Assembly: GCA_951406725.2 (NCBI GenBank)
Contig: OX597827.1
Span: forward strand, 30,442,001-30,506,000
From: Octopus vulgaris
Taxonomy: Eukaryota
Direction: 5' to 3'
Length of the DNA: 64,000 nucleotides
In this document: positions 50,143-62,614 of the stretch, in pieces
How positions within the stretch are numbered: position 1 is the first letter of the stretch
How the letters are laid out: each line of letters starts with the position of its first letter
Position numbers and translations under genes: made by a program
The notes under the pieces: model-generated
Database searches by the model: none
Seen by the model: only the letters and a program-made list of their open reading frames with translations
What the model was told of the DNA's origin: nothing

Positions 50143-52429
50143 CCGGGGGAGAGGTAGACCCAGGAAGACATGGGATGAGGTAGTCAAGCATGACCTCAGA
50201 GCGTTGGGCCTCACTGAGGCAGTGGCTAAGGACCGAGATCTCTGGAGATGTGCTGTGACTACTAAGACCCGGGATGCTTCCGGCACCAGTTCCGCATACC
50301 CCCTGCCCATTCAAAGTACCTTGGATCCCGGAACATCTCACTGTGCTTGAGGAGACCTGTTGAGTCAAGTGCATATACATGAACATCGAACCAAATATCA
50401 ATGGAAACAGTAGCTTTGATACCTGTGCCGATGACACATAAAAAGCACCATCCGAACGTGGCCGTTGCCAGTGCAGCCTCGACTGGCTTCTGTGCTGGTG
50501 GCACACAAAAAGCACCATCCGAACGTGGACCGATGCCAACCCCGCCTCGAATGGCTTCTGTGCCTGTGGCACATAAAAAGCACCATCCGAACGTGGCTGA
50601 TGCCAGCACCACCTCGACTGGCTTCTGTGCCGGTGGCACATAAAAAGCACCAACCGATCGTAGGATCCCGGAACATCTCGCTGTTCTTGCACCAACCAAT
50701 CAATGGAAACAGTAGTTGTGATACCTGTGCTGGTGACACATAAAAAGCACCATCTGAACGTGGCCATTGCCAGTGCAGCCTCCACTGGCTTCTGTGCCGG
50801 TGGCACATAAAAAGTACCATCCGAATGTGACCGATGCCAACCTTGCCTCGAATGGCTTCTGTGTCGGTGGCACATAAAAAGCACCATCCGAACGTGGCCG
50901 ATGCCAGCACTGCCCCGACTGGCTTCTGTGCCGGTGGCACATAAAAAGCATCATCCGAACGTGGCCAACGCCAGCACCGCCTCGACTGGCTTCTGTGCCA
51001 GTGGCACATAAAAAGCACCAACCGATCGTGGGATCCCGGAACATCTCGCTGTGCTTGAGGAGACCTGTTGAGTCAAGTGCATGTACATGAACATCGAACC
51101 AAATATCAATGGAAACAGTAGCTGTGATACCTGTGCCGGTGACACATAAAAAGCACCATCCAAACGTGGCCGTTGTAAGTGCAGCCTCGACTGGCTTCTG
51201 TGCTGGTGGCACACAAAAAGCACCATCCGAACGTGGACCGATGCCAACCCCGCCTCGAATGGCTTCTGTGCCTGTGGCACATAAAAAGCACCATCCGAAC
51301 GTGGCCGATGCCAGCACCGCCCCGACTGGCTTCTGTGCCGATGGCACATAAAAAGCACCATCCGAACGTGGCCGATGCCAGCACCACCTCGACTGGCTTC
51401 TGTGCCGGTGGCACATAAAAAGCACCAACCGATCGTAGGATCCCGGAACATCTCACTGTTCTTGCACCAACCAATCAATGGAAACAGTAGTTGTGATACC
51501 TGTGCTGGTGACACATAAAAAGCACCATCCGAACGTGGCCATTGCCAGTGCAGCCTCGACTGGCTTCTGTGCCGGTGGCACATAAAAAGCACCATCACAA
51601 CGTGACCGATGCCAACCCTGCCTCGAATGGCTTTTGTGCCGGTGGCACATAAAAAGCACCATCCGAACGTGGCCGATGCCAGCACCGCCCCGACTGGCTT
51701 CTGTGCCGGTGGCACATAAAAAGCACCATCCAAACGTGGCCAACGCCAGCACCGCCTCGACTGGCTTCTGTGCCGGTGGCACATAAAAAGCACCATCCGA
51801 ACGTGGGATCCCGGAACATCTCGCTGTGCTTGAGGAGACCTGTTGAGTCAAGTGCATGTACATGAACATCGAACCAAATATCAATGGAAACAGTAGTTGT
51901 GATACCTGTGCCGGTGACACATAAAAAGCACCATCCGAATGTGGCCGTTGCCAGTGCAGCCTCCACTGGCTTCTGTGCCGGTGGCACATAAAAAGCACCA
52001 TCCGAACGTGACCGATGCCAACCCCGCCTCGAATGGCTTCTGTGCCGGTGGCACATATAAAGCACCATCCGAACGTGCCCGATGCCAGCACCGCCCCGAC
52101 TGGCTTCTGTGTCGGTTGCACATAAAAAGCACCATCCAAACGTGGCCGATGCCAGCACCGCCTTGACTGGCTTCTGTGCCGGTGGCATATAAAAAAGCAC
52201 CAACTGATCGTGGCCGATGCCAGACCCCTCTGGCACCTGTGCAGGTGGCACGTAAAAAGCACCCACTACACTCGCGGAGTGGTTGGCGTTAGGAAGGGCA
52301 TCCAGCTGTAGAAACACTGCCAGATCAGACTGGAGCCTGGGGCAGCCCCTGGCTCCCCAGACCCCGGTCGAACCGTCCAACCCGTGCTAGCGCGGAAAAC
52401 GGACGTTAAACGATGATGATGATGATGAT
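50143..52429 (+). mobile_element. 5'-truncated RTE-clade LINE with an expanded tandem-repeat 3' UTR
   Basis: C-terminal RGRPRKTWDEVVKHDLRALGLTEAVAKDRDLWR, then the repeat array, then GGACGTTAAAC(GAT)n tail. Confidence 0.88.
50323..52263 (+). repeat. 67-bp unit array (25 copies) in five higher-order blocks
   Basis: Core TGTGCCGGTGGCACATAAAAAGCACC counted 25 times. Block headers GGATCCCGGAACATCTC at 50323, 50663, 51031, 51438 and 51806. Confidence 0.93.
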
Positions 52430-52693
52430 ATATTAGACAGAATGAGATAACAAATCCAAGGCTGTGAGGAGTTTTCAGGACATTTATAATGAAATAGTCT
52501 TACAACTGTTTCGGGGATATCCCAGAAATATTCCTAAAATATATGTGTGTGTGTGTAATTGAAAAAATGTTTAGAGATCTATTCAAATCAAATTTATATA
52601 TATAAAAATGATGGAGGTGGAAATAGCATAGAATTAAGTCTAAGATATTTTCAGTTCAAGAGGGAATTTAATAAAAGGTCATATAAATAAAAA

Positions 52694-52741
52694 TACTAAT
52701 ATTACCAGTTTCGATGTATTTCATCTTATCAAATATTAGTA
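52694..52741 (-). ncRNA. Decayed minimal hammerhead motif
   Basis: TACTAATAT-TTGATAA-GATG(AAATA)CATC-GAAA-CTGG-TA-ATATTAGTA: perfect 9-bp stem I and 4-bp stem II, with two core transitions away from CTGATGA. Confidence 0.55.
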
Positions 52742-52895
52742 AAAATTTGAAGTAAAAACAGTCTATCTTCTGTCTGGTTGCCAAGAACATGTCTGTAGAT
52801 TTTTCGTTGAAGTCTTCTTTAAATATAGTTTGGTGTAGAGTTCAAAGTGTTAGAGAGTGAGAGAAGATAACTACACTACATCCTTTGTATTTCAG

Positions 52896-52961
52896 TATTA
52901 TGGAGATGCTGTTATCCTTCAATGCTTCTGTCGATACTAAAGATGAGTCAGGAAAAACAGC
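52896..52961 (+). CDS. FANK1: FANK1-like paralog B, exon 6 (66 bp)
   Basis: TTTCAG acceptor and GC|GTAAGT donor. Encodes IMEMLLSFNASVDTKDESGKTA. Confidence 0.88.
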
Positions 52962-53860
52962 GTAAGTATTTAGAATATCTTGTTTTATTTTGTGTTGGGG
53001 AGATAGGTCTTGTTACATTAGAGCAGTAGTAGTAACTACTCAAAACTTTGCAGTAGCTAACTTCTGTCACTAGATTTTATTGCCATCTGTAGTAAAATAC
53101 TAATTTGGAAAAAGAAGTTTAGGGTGATCTTTTTCTAGATACACACATATGATTTGTAATGAATGATTCTTATGCTTTCAGAACAAAAAAAAACAAAAAA
53201 ACCCTGAGTTTCAGTAGCAGATAATAGCACCTTCAAGACCAGGGGAAGCATATATTTATGCTGATGCTTGCAGGAGTAAATTCAACAGATGTTATGGAAT
53301 TTTAAGTGAGTAGTAGTGAACATAACACATTTGGGTTTTCAACAGTGAAAATGCCAGCATATCATTCAGAAGTAAGTTCTGCACACTCTTTGTGGCCTGT
53401 TTTGAGATTATGAAGGGAACAATCTGGAGAGTGGTGCTTTTGTTCCAAATACACATATTTCCAGAACACTTTATTATCCTGGTTGGTTTTCTTTTTAATC
53501 AGTTGCTTGATATGGTTTTATCAGCCCCTCACTATCTATCTATATCAAGCTATATATAGCTATGTTATGGCCAAACTTACAACTTGTTTCTCCAGTCTAG
53601 AACTCAAATTCAAATTGAATATGATAAAGAGAAAATAGCATTTAAATTTCAGTTTGAAAAACAAAAATAAATTCAGTACTTTAATAAAATTTTAAATTTC
53701 AGTTTCACTTATCTTCTTCAAAACTCGTCTCTGGCTTTCCTGTTTAGTGAAATATCTCAGTTTCATTAAAACAAATTTTCAAAATAGAAGCACATATGTA
53801 AAAGAAAGCATATATGAAATAACGTTTTTTTTTTTTTTTTTTTTTGTGGTGTTATCTCAG

Positions 53861-54075
53861 TTTAATGCATGCCTGCTTCCATGGCCAGTTACCAGCTGTG
53901 AAGATACTGATTGCTCATGGTGCACTCTTTGATGATTATGATTTGGGTGGATCTAGTGCAATTCATTATGCCATTGACAGCTGCAACTGTGAGCTCATCG
54001 AGTGGATTTTCAAGTCAGGAGCAGATGTAAACTGTCGAGACAGAAATGCTGGCTGGACTCCATTGATGCGGTGTG
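53861..54075 (+). CDS. FANK1: FANK1-like paralog B, exon 7 (215 bp)
   Basis: CTCAG acceptor and G|GTGAGT donor. Encodes LMHACFHGQLPAVKILIAHGA...GGSSAIHYAIDS...GADVNCRDRNAGWTPLMRC. Confidence 0.9.
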
Positions 54076-54420
54076 GTGAGTTTTGTGTTTATAATTTGAT
54101 CATTTTCTTCTTCCTTTTACAAACTCGTTGGGAAGCACATGCGTGTATGTGTGTGTGTGTGTTTGCATGACTGTAGAGTTTCAGGTTTATGTACAGAGTT
54201 ATATCTGCTTCATCCAGCCAGACATCTGTATGTCGTATCTGCAGCTAAGGATGCACATCAAGGACTGGGATGTATGATTATGCACAGAGGTGAAGATGAC
54301 CATTATATTGAGTGGAAAACCATAAATAAAATGAATTCAAATCATCTTTTATTTTCTAGAAAAAATTCTCTATTTGATTTAACTACAATTGCTTATATAT
54401 ATATATATATATATATATAT

Positions 54421-54995
54421 CATCATCATTATATAATGTCTGTTGTCCATAGTGGCATGGGTTGGACAGTTTGACCAGGGCTGGTAAGCCGGAAGGCTGC
54501 ACCAGACTCCAGTTTGATTTGGCATGGTTTTCTACAGCTGGATGTCCTTCCTAATGCCAACCACTCTGAGAGTGTAGTGGGTGCTTTTACATGCCAACAG
54601 CACGAGTGCCATTTGTGTGACACCGGTATCTTCCACAGCAGCAATTTTGCTTGACTTGATGGGTCTTCTGCTCAAGCATGACATAGTGCCAAAGGTCTTT
54701 GTCATTGCCTCCATGAGGCCCATTGCTCGGAAGGAATTCAGCCACTTTACCTCCGAGAGGTCCACCACTCGTAAGGAACCCAGCCACTTTGCCTCTGTGA
54801 GGACCCAATGCTTGAAAGGAACTCACCCACTTTACCTCCGTGAAACCCAATACTTGTAGGAAACTCAGCCACTCTGCCTCCAGTTGAAAGAAACTCAGCC
54901 ACTTTGCCTCTGTGAGGCCCAACACTCAAAAGGAACTGTTTGGACAGTGTCCTTTGCATGCCACCGGCAATGGTGCCAGTTATGTGACACCAACA
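54421..54995 (-). mobile_element. RTE-type 3' end, decayed, with an internal ~30-bp tandem repeat
   Basis: Reverse complement of the RTE tail. About six AGGAACTCAGCCACTTTGCCTC-like units at 54730-54915. Confidence 0.75.
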
Positions 54996-56169
54996 TCAGC
55001 CATAGAAATTCATGGTGACAGCATATTGCAAGGTCAAGTAATCATTGTATTATATTCTCATTGTATTAAACTTGTACTAAATATTTTTCAGCATGCTCCT
55101 TTATCATATTATCCACCATCAACAACTTTGGCCACCTTTTTGAATTCAGTACCTCTATTAACCATGAACATGCTTATAAAAGTCAATAAACAGCACAACA
55201 CTCATGACTTTCAGGAGCATTTTTTCTCATACTTAAAATTGTCAAAACTTAGAATAAACTGCATCAGTTGTTAGCTATAAAGACAATGCATCCTTAAAAA
55301 ACTCCATACTTCCTGAAATTCACCTACACTACACTTGACAGGCCAATGTACCTTTTCCTCTTCTTTATGACTCTCTTAATGCTCTCTTTTCTGTCTTTTT
55401 GTGTTTTATTCTGTGTTCTATGCATGCACTTCTTGCTTCCATTGCTTTCTTTCTGTACTTGACTTCTACGCCTGCTTTCTGTTCCCATTTTAACTCTTTT
55501 CAGACAAGTTGTAGTGCACCTGAGCACTGTATTTGAGGAACAAGCTCATTATTATTGAGTAAGAGTGCAGCACATGCTGTCAAAGTGATATTGGGGTACT
55601 AATATATAAAGCCCAATATACCCATCATGACTACCTGTCTGATAAAGGCTCACCAGGTACATATATCACAACCATATGTGCACAACATAGTGATCTCATG
55701 CCAAGATAAACAATATATGACCTTGCAGGTGAAACCCAATTAGAATTTTTTTCAGGTTGATTAGCCCATTCTGCTCAAAAGGTCCTTGAATAAGGTTTGT
55801 TAAAGGATGATGAATGAAACATCCATTCAAACACTAAAGAATCCTTCTTAACACATGACTATGAAGCTTCTCCACTATTCCTGCTTATGATAAGAGATGC
55901 ACATATTATCAGCCACTATGGGACACCTTCAACTGGTTAAGGTTAAGCAATTGACAAGCAAATCTGTGGTATTGAGCAGAATATTTGCTGCAGCCCATCT
56001 TTTACACCAAGATAAAACGTACATGATAACACTTCCAATGTAGAAACAAGATAAAGCCAGTGTAACATGTACATAAATTTGCCAAAACAATGGGTTGTCC
56101 CCACAAATATTGCGTTTAAATAAAGATCATAGAGAAACCAATTTCCAGCCATAGAAAATGTACATTCTT

Positions 56170-57760
56170 CACCAGAAAATCCTCGGAATTTTACAGGAAG
56201 TCCCCAAATCCTCGGAACTTTCCAGGAAGTGCCCAAATACCCTGCACTTTCCAGGAAATCCTCATATTCACGGAACTTTCCAGGAAGTCCCCAAATCCTC
56301 GGAACTCTCCAGGAAATCATCGGAATTTTCCAGGAAGAACATCCTCAGAACTTTCCTGAAAGTTCCCAAATCATCGGAGGTTTCCAGGAAATCCCCCAAA
56401 TCCTCGGAATTTTCCAGGAAGTCCCATCCTCGTGACTTTCCAGGAAGCCCCCAGATCCTCGGAATTTTCCAGGGAGTCTCAACACCGGAACTTTCCAGGA
56501 AATCTCAAACTCGGAACTTTCAAGGAAGTCCCCAAATCCTTGGAACTTTCCAGATAATTTCATCCCCAACCTAGGAAGTCTTTCTCAGGACTTTCCAGAT
56601 AATTTCGTCGTCTCTTGGAACTTTCTTGGTAAGTTCGTCCCCACTAGCTGAACTTTCATGGAAGCTATCTCCCTCGGAACTTTCCAGGAAGTCTTCATCC
56701 TCGGAACTTTTCAGTTAATTTCGTCGCCATCCTCGGAACTTTCCAGGTAATTTCATCCCCAACCTCGGGACTTTCCGGGAAATCGTCCTCGGGAGTTTCT
56801 AAGAAGTCTTCCCCCTACTCGGAACTTTCCAGGAAGTCTCCCCCAATCGGAACTTTCCTGGTAATTTCGGCCCCAGTCTCGTAACTGCCCAGGTAATTTC
56901 GTCCCCATCCTCGAAGCTTTCTAGGAAGTTCTTGGAACTTTCCAGGGAGTCTTCCACATCCTCGGAACTTTCCAGGTAATTTCGCCCCCAGCCTCATAAC
57001 TTTCCAGGAAGTCTTCACCTACTTGAACTTTTCCCCAAAATTTCATCCTGAACCTCGAAACTTTCCAGGAAGTCCTCTCTTCAAGATTTTCCAGGAAATC
57101 ATTTCACTTCCTTGGAAATATTCAGGTAATCTCGTCCCCGTTCTTGAACTTTCCCAGGTAATCTTTCTCCATCCTTGAAACTTTCCAGGAAGCCCTCCCC
57201 CTCCTCGGAACTTTCCATCAAGGCCCCTCCTCCACTTCTTTGGAACTTTACAAGACGCCCTTCCCAACCTTGGAACTTTCCAGGGAGTCATTCTCTCCCC
57301 TCAGAACTTTCCAGAATGTCCTTCTCTTCTTCGGAACTTTCCGGGATATACTCCCCCTCCTTCCCTTTGTTGGATTTAAGATCAAAAGCCATCAGCGCTA
57401 CTGCCTGAGGAAGGACTTCCTGGAAAAGTTCATGGAGGTGGCCGCACTACTTCTGGGATGATATACATTTTGGAAAGTAAAGATTTCCTGTAAAGAGGTG
57501 CGGAAGGAACTTCCTGCTAAGTTTTGATGATAGAGAAGGACATGCTGGAAAGTTCCAAGGATGATGATGTGATTACCTTGAAAATCCCAAAGACTTCCTG
57601 GAAAGTTCTGAGGGTATTAACTTCCTGGAAATTCCTAGGAGGGGAAGGGTGTTCTTGGAAAGTTCCTATGATAGGGTGGAGACATCCTGGAATGGATGAG
57701 GAGGGACTTCCTGGAAATTTCCAAGATGGGGAGGAGGAGTGGGACTTCCTGGAAAGTTCA
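56170..57760. repeat. Degenerate ~30-bp minisatellite (CCTCGGAACTTTCCAGGAA core) that switches orientation near 57380
   Basis: Forward units at 56170-57350 and reverse units (GACTTCCTGGAAAGTTC) at 57410-57760. Confidence 0.9.
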
Positions 57761-57924
57761 TGTGCCGTTTATCCTGAAATGAGATCATTATGTCGCACAC
57801 ATATGGTTGTGATGAATGTGCCTGATGTACCCTTATGTCATGATGGGTATACTGAGATTCCTATATTTTACTTTAGTGTCACTTTGATGGCATGCACTTC
57901 TCTCAGTAATAATAATTATTATTA

Positions 57925-60114
57925 TAATCCTTTCTACTGAAGGCACAAGGCCTTGAAATTTTGGGGAGGGAACCAGTCGATTACTTAATAATAGTAATAA
58001 TAAAATATTAGTAATGGTTTCAAATTTTGGTACAGAGCTATCAGTTTTTTGAGAGGAGGGGCTAGTTGATTACATTGACTCTAGTACTTCACTGGTACTT
58101 ATTTCCTCTACCCTGAAAGGATGAAAGACAAAGTCAACCTTGGTGGCATTTGAACTTTAATTGGAAAAAGCAACAATTACTTGCTCAATTTAATACATAA
58201 TGTGAAAGGAAATCAACCACTGTATGTTGGATGCTACATATAATGGACTTATACCAGGCACCTCAAAAAGTTAGACTTTACATAAAGACCACATTAGTGA
58301 TCTTTGAATTTCAAAAACCTCAGAGTATATCAGTGAAATGATGCATACATTACATTTTTCCTATCTGTTTTGACAGCCTCTCTTACTGGTAACTCAATAG
58401 TTGCTATGGTATTAATTCGCAATGGAGCCGATGTTAATCTCCAGGATAGTGATGGGAAGACCTGTTTAATGATTGCTGTCGTCAATGGTCATCAGCAATT
58501 AGTGGAAGTTCTCTTGGAGAACAACGCTGATATCTCAATTTTAAATAAGGTTAGTAGATTGTCATCTTTACTTTTTTATCTTAATATAATCATCATTATT
58601 GCTATTATTCATTGTGAAGATTTACAAAAAATGAGATGAGTAGGAAGCAAAAACAATGAGATAAAAGGTATATATACATAGTATACAAGTACATGAATGA
58701 TACAGTCCTCCAATAATGACAATGGGTTCTGATTTAGGCACGAGGCCAGCAATTTTGAAGGGAGTGCAAGTTACATGGCAACCTTACTAGTACAAGTGGC
58801 TTGGAAAAATCACCTGGTATATTATGTAAAGTAATTGGCATTAGGACGGGCATCCAGCCATAGAAATCATGCCAAAGATGACATTGGAGCTAGATGCAGC
58901 CCTTCAGCTTGCCAGTTTCCTGTCAAATTGTCCAATCCATGCCAGCATAGAAAGCAGGCATTAAATGATGAGGATGGTATAAATCAAAACCATTGCCCCA
59001 AGTACTTGCATGATACTTTGTTTTATCAACCCAGAGAGATGAATGTTAAGTTGATTTCAGTGAGATTTGAACTCAGAATGTAAAGAGCCAAAACAAATAT
59101 CACAAAGCATTTTTTTCCAATACTCTAATGATTCTGCCAGCTCACCACTCTTTCAGTGATAAAAATAATGATGACTTCTCTCTTTAGCACCAGACCACAA
59201 ATGTTCTTTGGATGTGAAAAAGCAGTGATTTAAATGAACCATCATACTTTAAATGGCAGGGTAGTTTGTTTAATCAACTCTGGAGTGATGAATGATAAAG
59301 CTAGATGTGATGGGATTTGAACTCAGAATATGAAGTATTGAAACAAATGTTGCAAAGCATTTTTTTTCTGATGCTCTAACGATTTTGCCAGCTCGCTGCC
59401 TTTCCAATAACAATGATAATGGATAATAATAATTATGGTTTCAAATTTTGGCACAAGGCAAGCAATTTCAGGAGAAGGGTTTGAGTTGATTATATCAGCC
59501 CCAGTGTTCAACTGATACTTATTTTATTATCCCCAAAAAGATGAAAGGCAAAGTCAACACCAGCAGCATTTAACTCAGAGCATAAAGTCAGATAAAATGC
59601 TGCTAAGCACTGTTTCTGACACAGTAACAATTCTGTCAGAAGGCAGTGAGCTGGCAGAAATGTTAGCATGCTGGGCAAAATGCTTAGCAGTATTTTGTCT
59701 GTCTTTACGTTCTGAGTTCAAATTCCACCGAGGTTGACTTTGTCTTTCATCCTTTTGGAGTCGATAAATTAAGTACCAGTTGCGCACTGGGGTCGATCTA
59801 ATCGACTGGCCCACTCCCCCAAAATTTTGGGCCTTGTGCCTAAAGTAGAAAAAAAAAGTAACAATTCTGCCAGCTTGCTGTCTTAGTGATAATGATAATG
59901 GTTTCAAATTTTGCCACAAGGCCTGCAATTTCAGAAGGGATGGGGTAAGTCAGTTACACCTACCCCAGTACTTGACTGGTACTTATTTGATTAACCCCAA
60001 AAGGACAAAAGGCAAAGATCACCTCTTCAGCATTGGAACTCAGAGTGTAAAGACATGAAATTCAAGCATTTTGTCATCCTCCTCCGTCTTCTTAATAATA
60101 ATAATAATAATTAT

Positions 60115-60150
<36 letters not shown>

Positions 60151-60273
60151 CTTTTCTACTATTGGCACAAGGTACTTAATTTATCAACCCTGAAAGGATG
60201 AAAGGCAGTCGACTTCCACAGATGATGATGATGACACCGCCGCCGATAAATAATAATAATAATAAATAATAAT

Positions 60274-60314
<41 letters not shown>

Positions 60315-61730
60315 TAATAACGATAACAATAATAATAAACAACAACAACCCTTTCTACTATAGGCACAAGGCCTGAAATTTTGAGGGATGGGGCTAGTCG
60401 ATTGCATTGATCCCAGTGTATAACTGGTACTTATTTCATTGACCCTGAAAGGATGAAAGGCAAAGTTGACCTTGATGGCATTTGAACTTAGAACATAGCG
60501 ATAGACAAAATACCGGTAAGCATTTCACCTGCCATGCTAACCAATCTGTGAGCTCACTAATAATTATAACGAGCAGACTGTTCCGTTGATCAGGTAAACA
60601 GGAATCTCATCATTGTAACCAATGGAGTACCATTTTTTAAAAAGAGTGAAAGGAAAGGAAATGTTCCATATTGTAAGGCCAAATGTCATGTGCTTAGTAT
60701 AAGCAATGAAAGCTAAATCTTTTTAAGAGATGCATAGATTTTAGAACTTACTGCTTTGCTTGTTGCAGTATCAGCAGCTGAATGTTACTTACTCTTCTAT
60801 ATATTGCAAGACAGGGCAAACAACTGCCATCTCTAGCAGACAGGTGTTCAGTACTGCAGGCTAGTCTACTTGTCCTGTCAAATTGCTTGATGGTAGGGGT
60901 TCACTCCCCTGCTCACAGTATATCAGACACAGGTTGTGTCGTTAACCAGCTGGAGGTGTTCTCCTGCAGTTAAAAAAGAGTAGTAACATTGTTCTGTACA
61001 GAACAGCCATGTTCAAGTGGCAACAAACATTATTTTTCAGTAGAGTTACTACTTGCATCTCTTATAGAGATCTTAGAACTGGCTGCTTTGCTTAATAATA
61101 ATAATGATTTCTATCTTTAGCACAAAACCACCTGTTTTTTTAATGTGAAGAAGTATAGTGATTTAAATGAAACCTCATATTTATCTCAAAGAAATGGAAG
61201 GTAAATAATCGGTCTGAAATCAGAACATAGATTTATCTGGTACTTTACCATTCACTGCTTGAATAATAATTTATACTGGCTGAAACTAGTAAAAGAATAA
61301 GACGAAAATGAAGGAATAAATTATATTTTTTTATTTTGAGAATGGTATGAGCTCAATTCTGCTGAGTTCTTAGCTTTTTGTCCTTTCAGGGTCGACTTTG
61401 CCTTTCATCTTTTTGAGGTCAATGAAATAAGTACCATTTGAGTACTGGGGCTGATTTAATCAACGAGATCTTTCCTCAAAATTTTAGGCCTTTACCTATA
61501 ATAGGACTATGAGAATAGTGGATTAGTAGAATGAGTGGCAAGTTGGACTTAATTACTTCACAGTATTTAGTTATATTCCAAGTTCAAGTCCTCACATTGC
61601 ATTTTATTGCATTTTAGCTTTCCAGGGTTGATAAAATAAATATCAGTCAAGTACTGGGCTAAATATAATTGGCTGTACCCCTTTTCTGAAATGTATGGCC
61701 TTGTGCTTATGTTAGAAATTATTGTTATAG
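57925..61730. mobile_element. Cluster of short SINE copies on both strands (best copy 59642-59850, +), with (AAT)n tails
   Basis: Repeated GAGCTGGCAGAA...GAGTTCAAATTCC..GACTTTGCCTTTCATCCTTT..GGTCGATAAATTAAGTACCAG...GGCCTTGTGCC. Other copies near 1800-2000, 4890-5490, 7330-7800, 31490-31800 and 34390-34610. Confidence 0.8.
58377..58549 (+). CDS. FANK1: FANK1-like paralog B, exon 8 (173 bp)
   Basis: TGACAG acceptor and AAG|GTTAGT donor. Encodes ASLTGNSIVAMVLIRNGADVNLQDSDGKTCLMIAVVNGHQQLVEVLLENNADISILNK. Confidence 0.9.
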
Positions 61731-62226
61731 AAGGTGGCAGGATATGATGGAAGAAATGAATTGATAAGCTTCCTGACTAATGTCTCTCAGTATTGAGTTC
61801 CGTCTCTTAATGTTCTGGTTCTTGATCCCACTCTTTCTGTTTTCTTAATGATCCTTTTAGGGACTAATGAAATGAGGACAAAAAATAAACTATGCTCTAG
61901 AGATCAAGGTTCAATAAAATAATTAAATTGGGGTTAATTCAATTGATATATTACCCATTCCTCTTCCAAAGATTGTTTTGACACTTAGGAAGAAATCAAC
62001 AGCCCTTTATATTTTGAGTTCAAATTCCACTCAACTTTGCTTTTCACTGTTTCAAGGAGTCAATGAAATAAAGCTATAGAAAAGTATAGGGGGCAATTTA
62101 ATGGACTATAATTGAATAGACTATTCCCCAAATTCAAAGTCTTTATTAAAGAATCACTATTATATATGAACAACTATTTACATTTATTTATTTTTTTTGT
62201 TTTTGTTTTTCTTTCTCCCTTTTCAG

Positions 62227-62271
62227 AGTGGCCGAACAGCATATGAGATGGCTGTTTCCCTTGAAAAAAGA
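62227..62271 (+). CDS. FANK1: FANK1-like paralog B, exon 9 (45 bp); final exon not found in the window
   Basis: Pyrimidine tract plus TTTCAG, and a GTGAGT donor. Encodes SGRTAYEMAVSLEKR. Exons 1-9 total 978 nt (326 codons) with no stop. Confidence 0.88.
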
Positions 62272-62614
62272 GTGAGTAGCTTCACCATTGAAGTTAATTC
62301 TTTATCTCTTCCTCTAACTTTGTCACATCTGTCTTCTTTTACTTCTACTAGCCCTATTCTGATCTAATTAAGCAGCTCCTAAAATATGAATTTTTTGGAA
62401 CCAGGAAGAATTAAAGGCCAAGTTGACCTCAATGGGATTTGAACTCATAGCATGAAAAACTGGAATATTATTGCCAGGCATTTTGTTAGATGTTTTAATG
62501 ATCTTACCAATCCACTGTGTGATTAGGTAGGTAGGTACATAGGTAGGTTGGTAGGAAGGTAGGTAGCTAGGTAGGTAGATAAGTAGTTAGGTATGTAGAC
62601 AAGTGGCTAATACA

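Noticed and set aside
50323-52263. CRISPR-like repeat-spacer appearance (25-bp conserved repeat, ~42-bp spacers)
   Set aside because: Spacers are homologous to each other and recur in higher-order blocks, there are no cas genes, and the array lies in a eukaryotic RTE 3' UTR.
50135-52380. Long Cys/His/Trp-rich minus-strand ORFs (200-280 aa)
   Set aside because: Artefacts of a stop-poor 67-bp tandem repeat that is open in several frames at once.
55943-57940. Multiple 70-140 aa ORFs with LPGKF/ELSRK repeats
   Set aside because: Translations of the minisatellite, with no splice or domain support.
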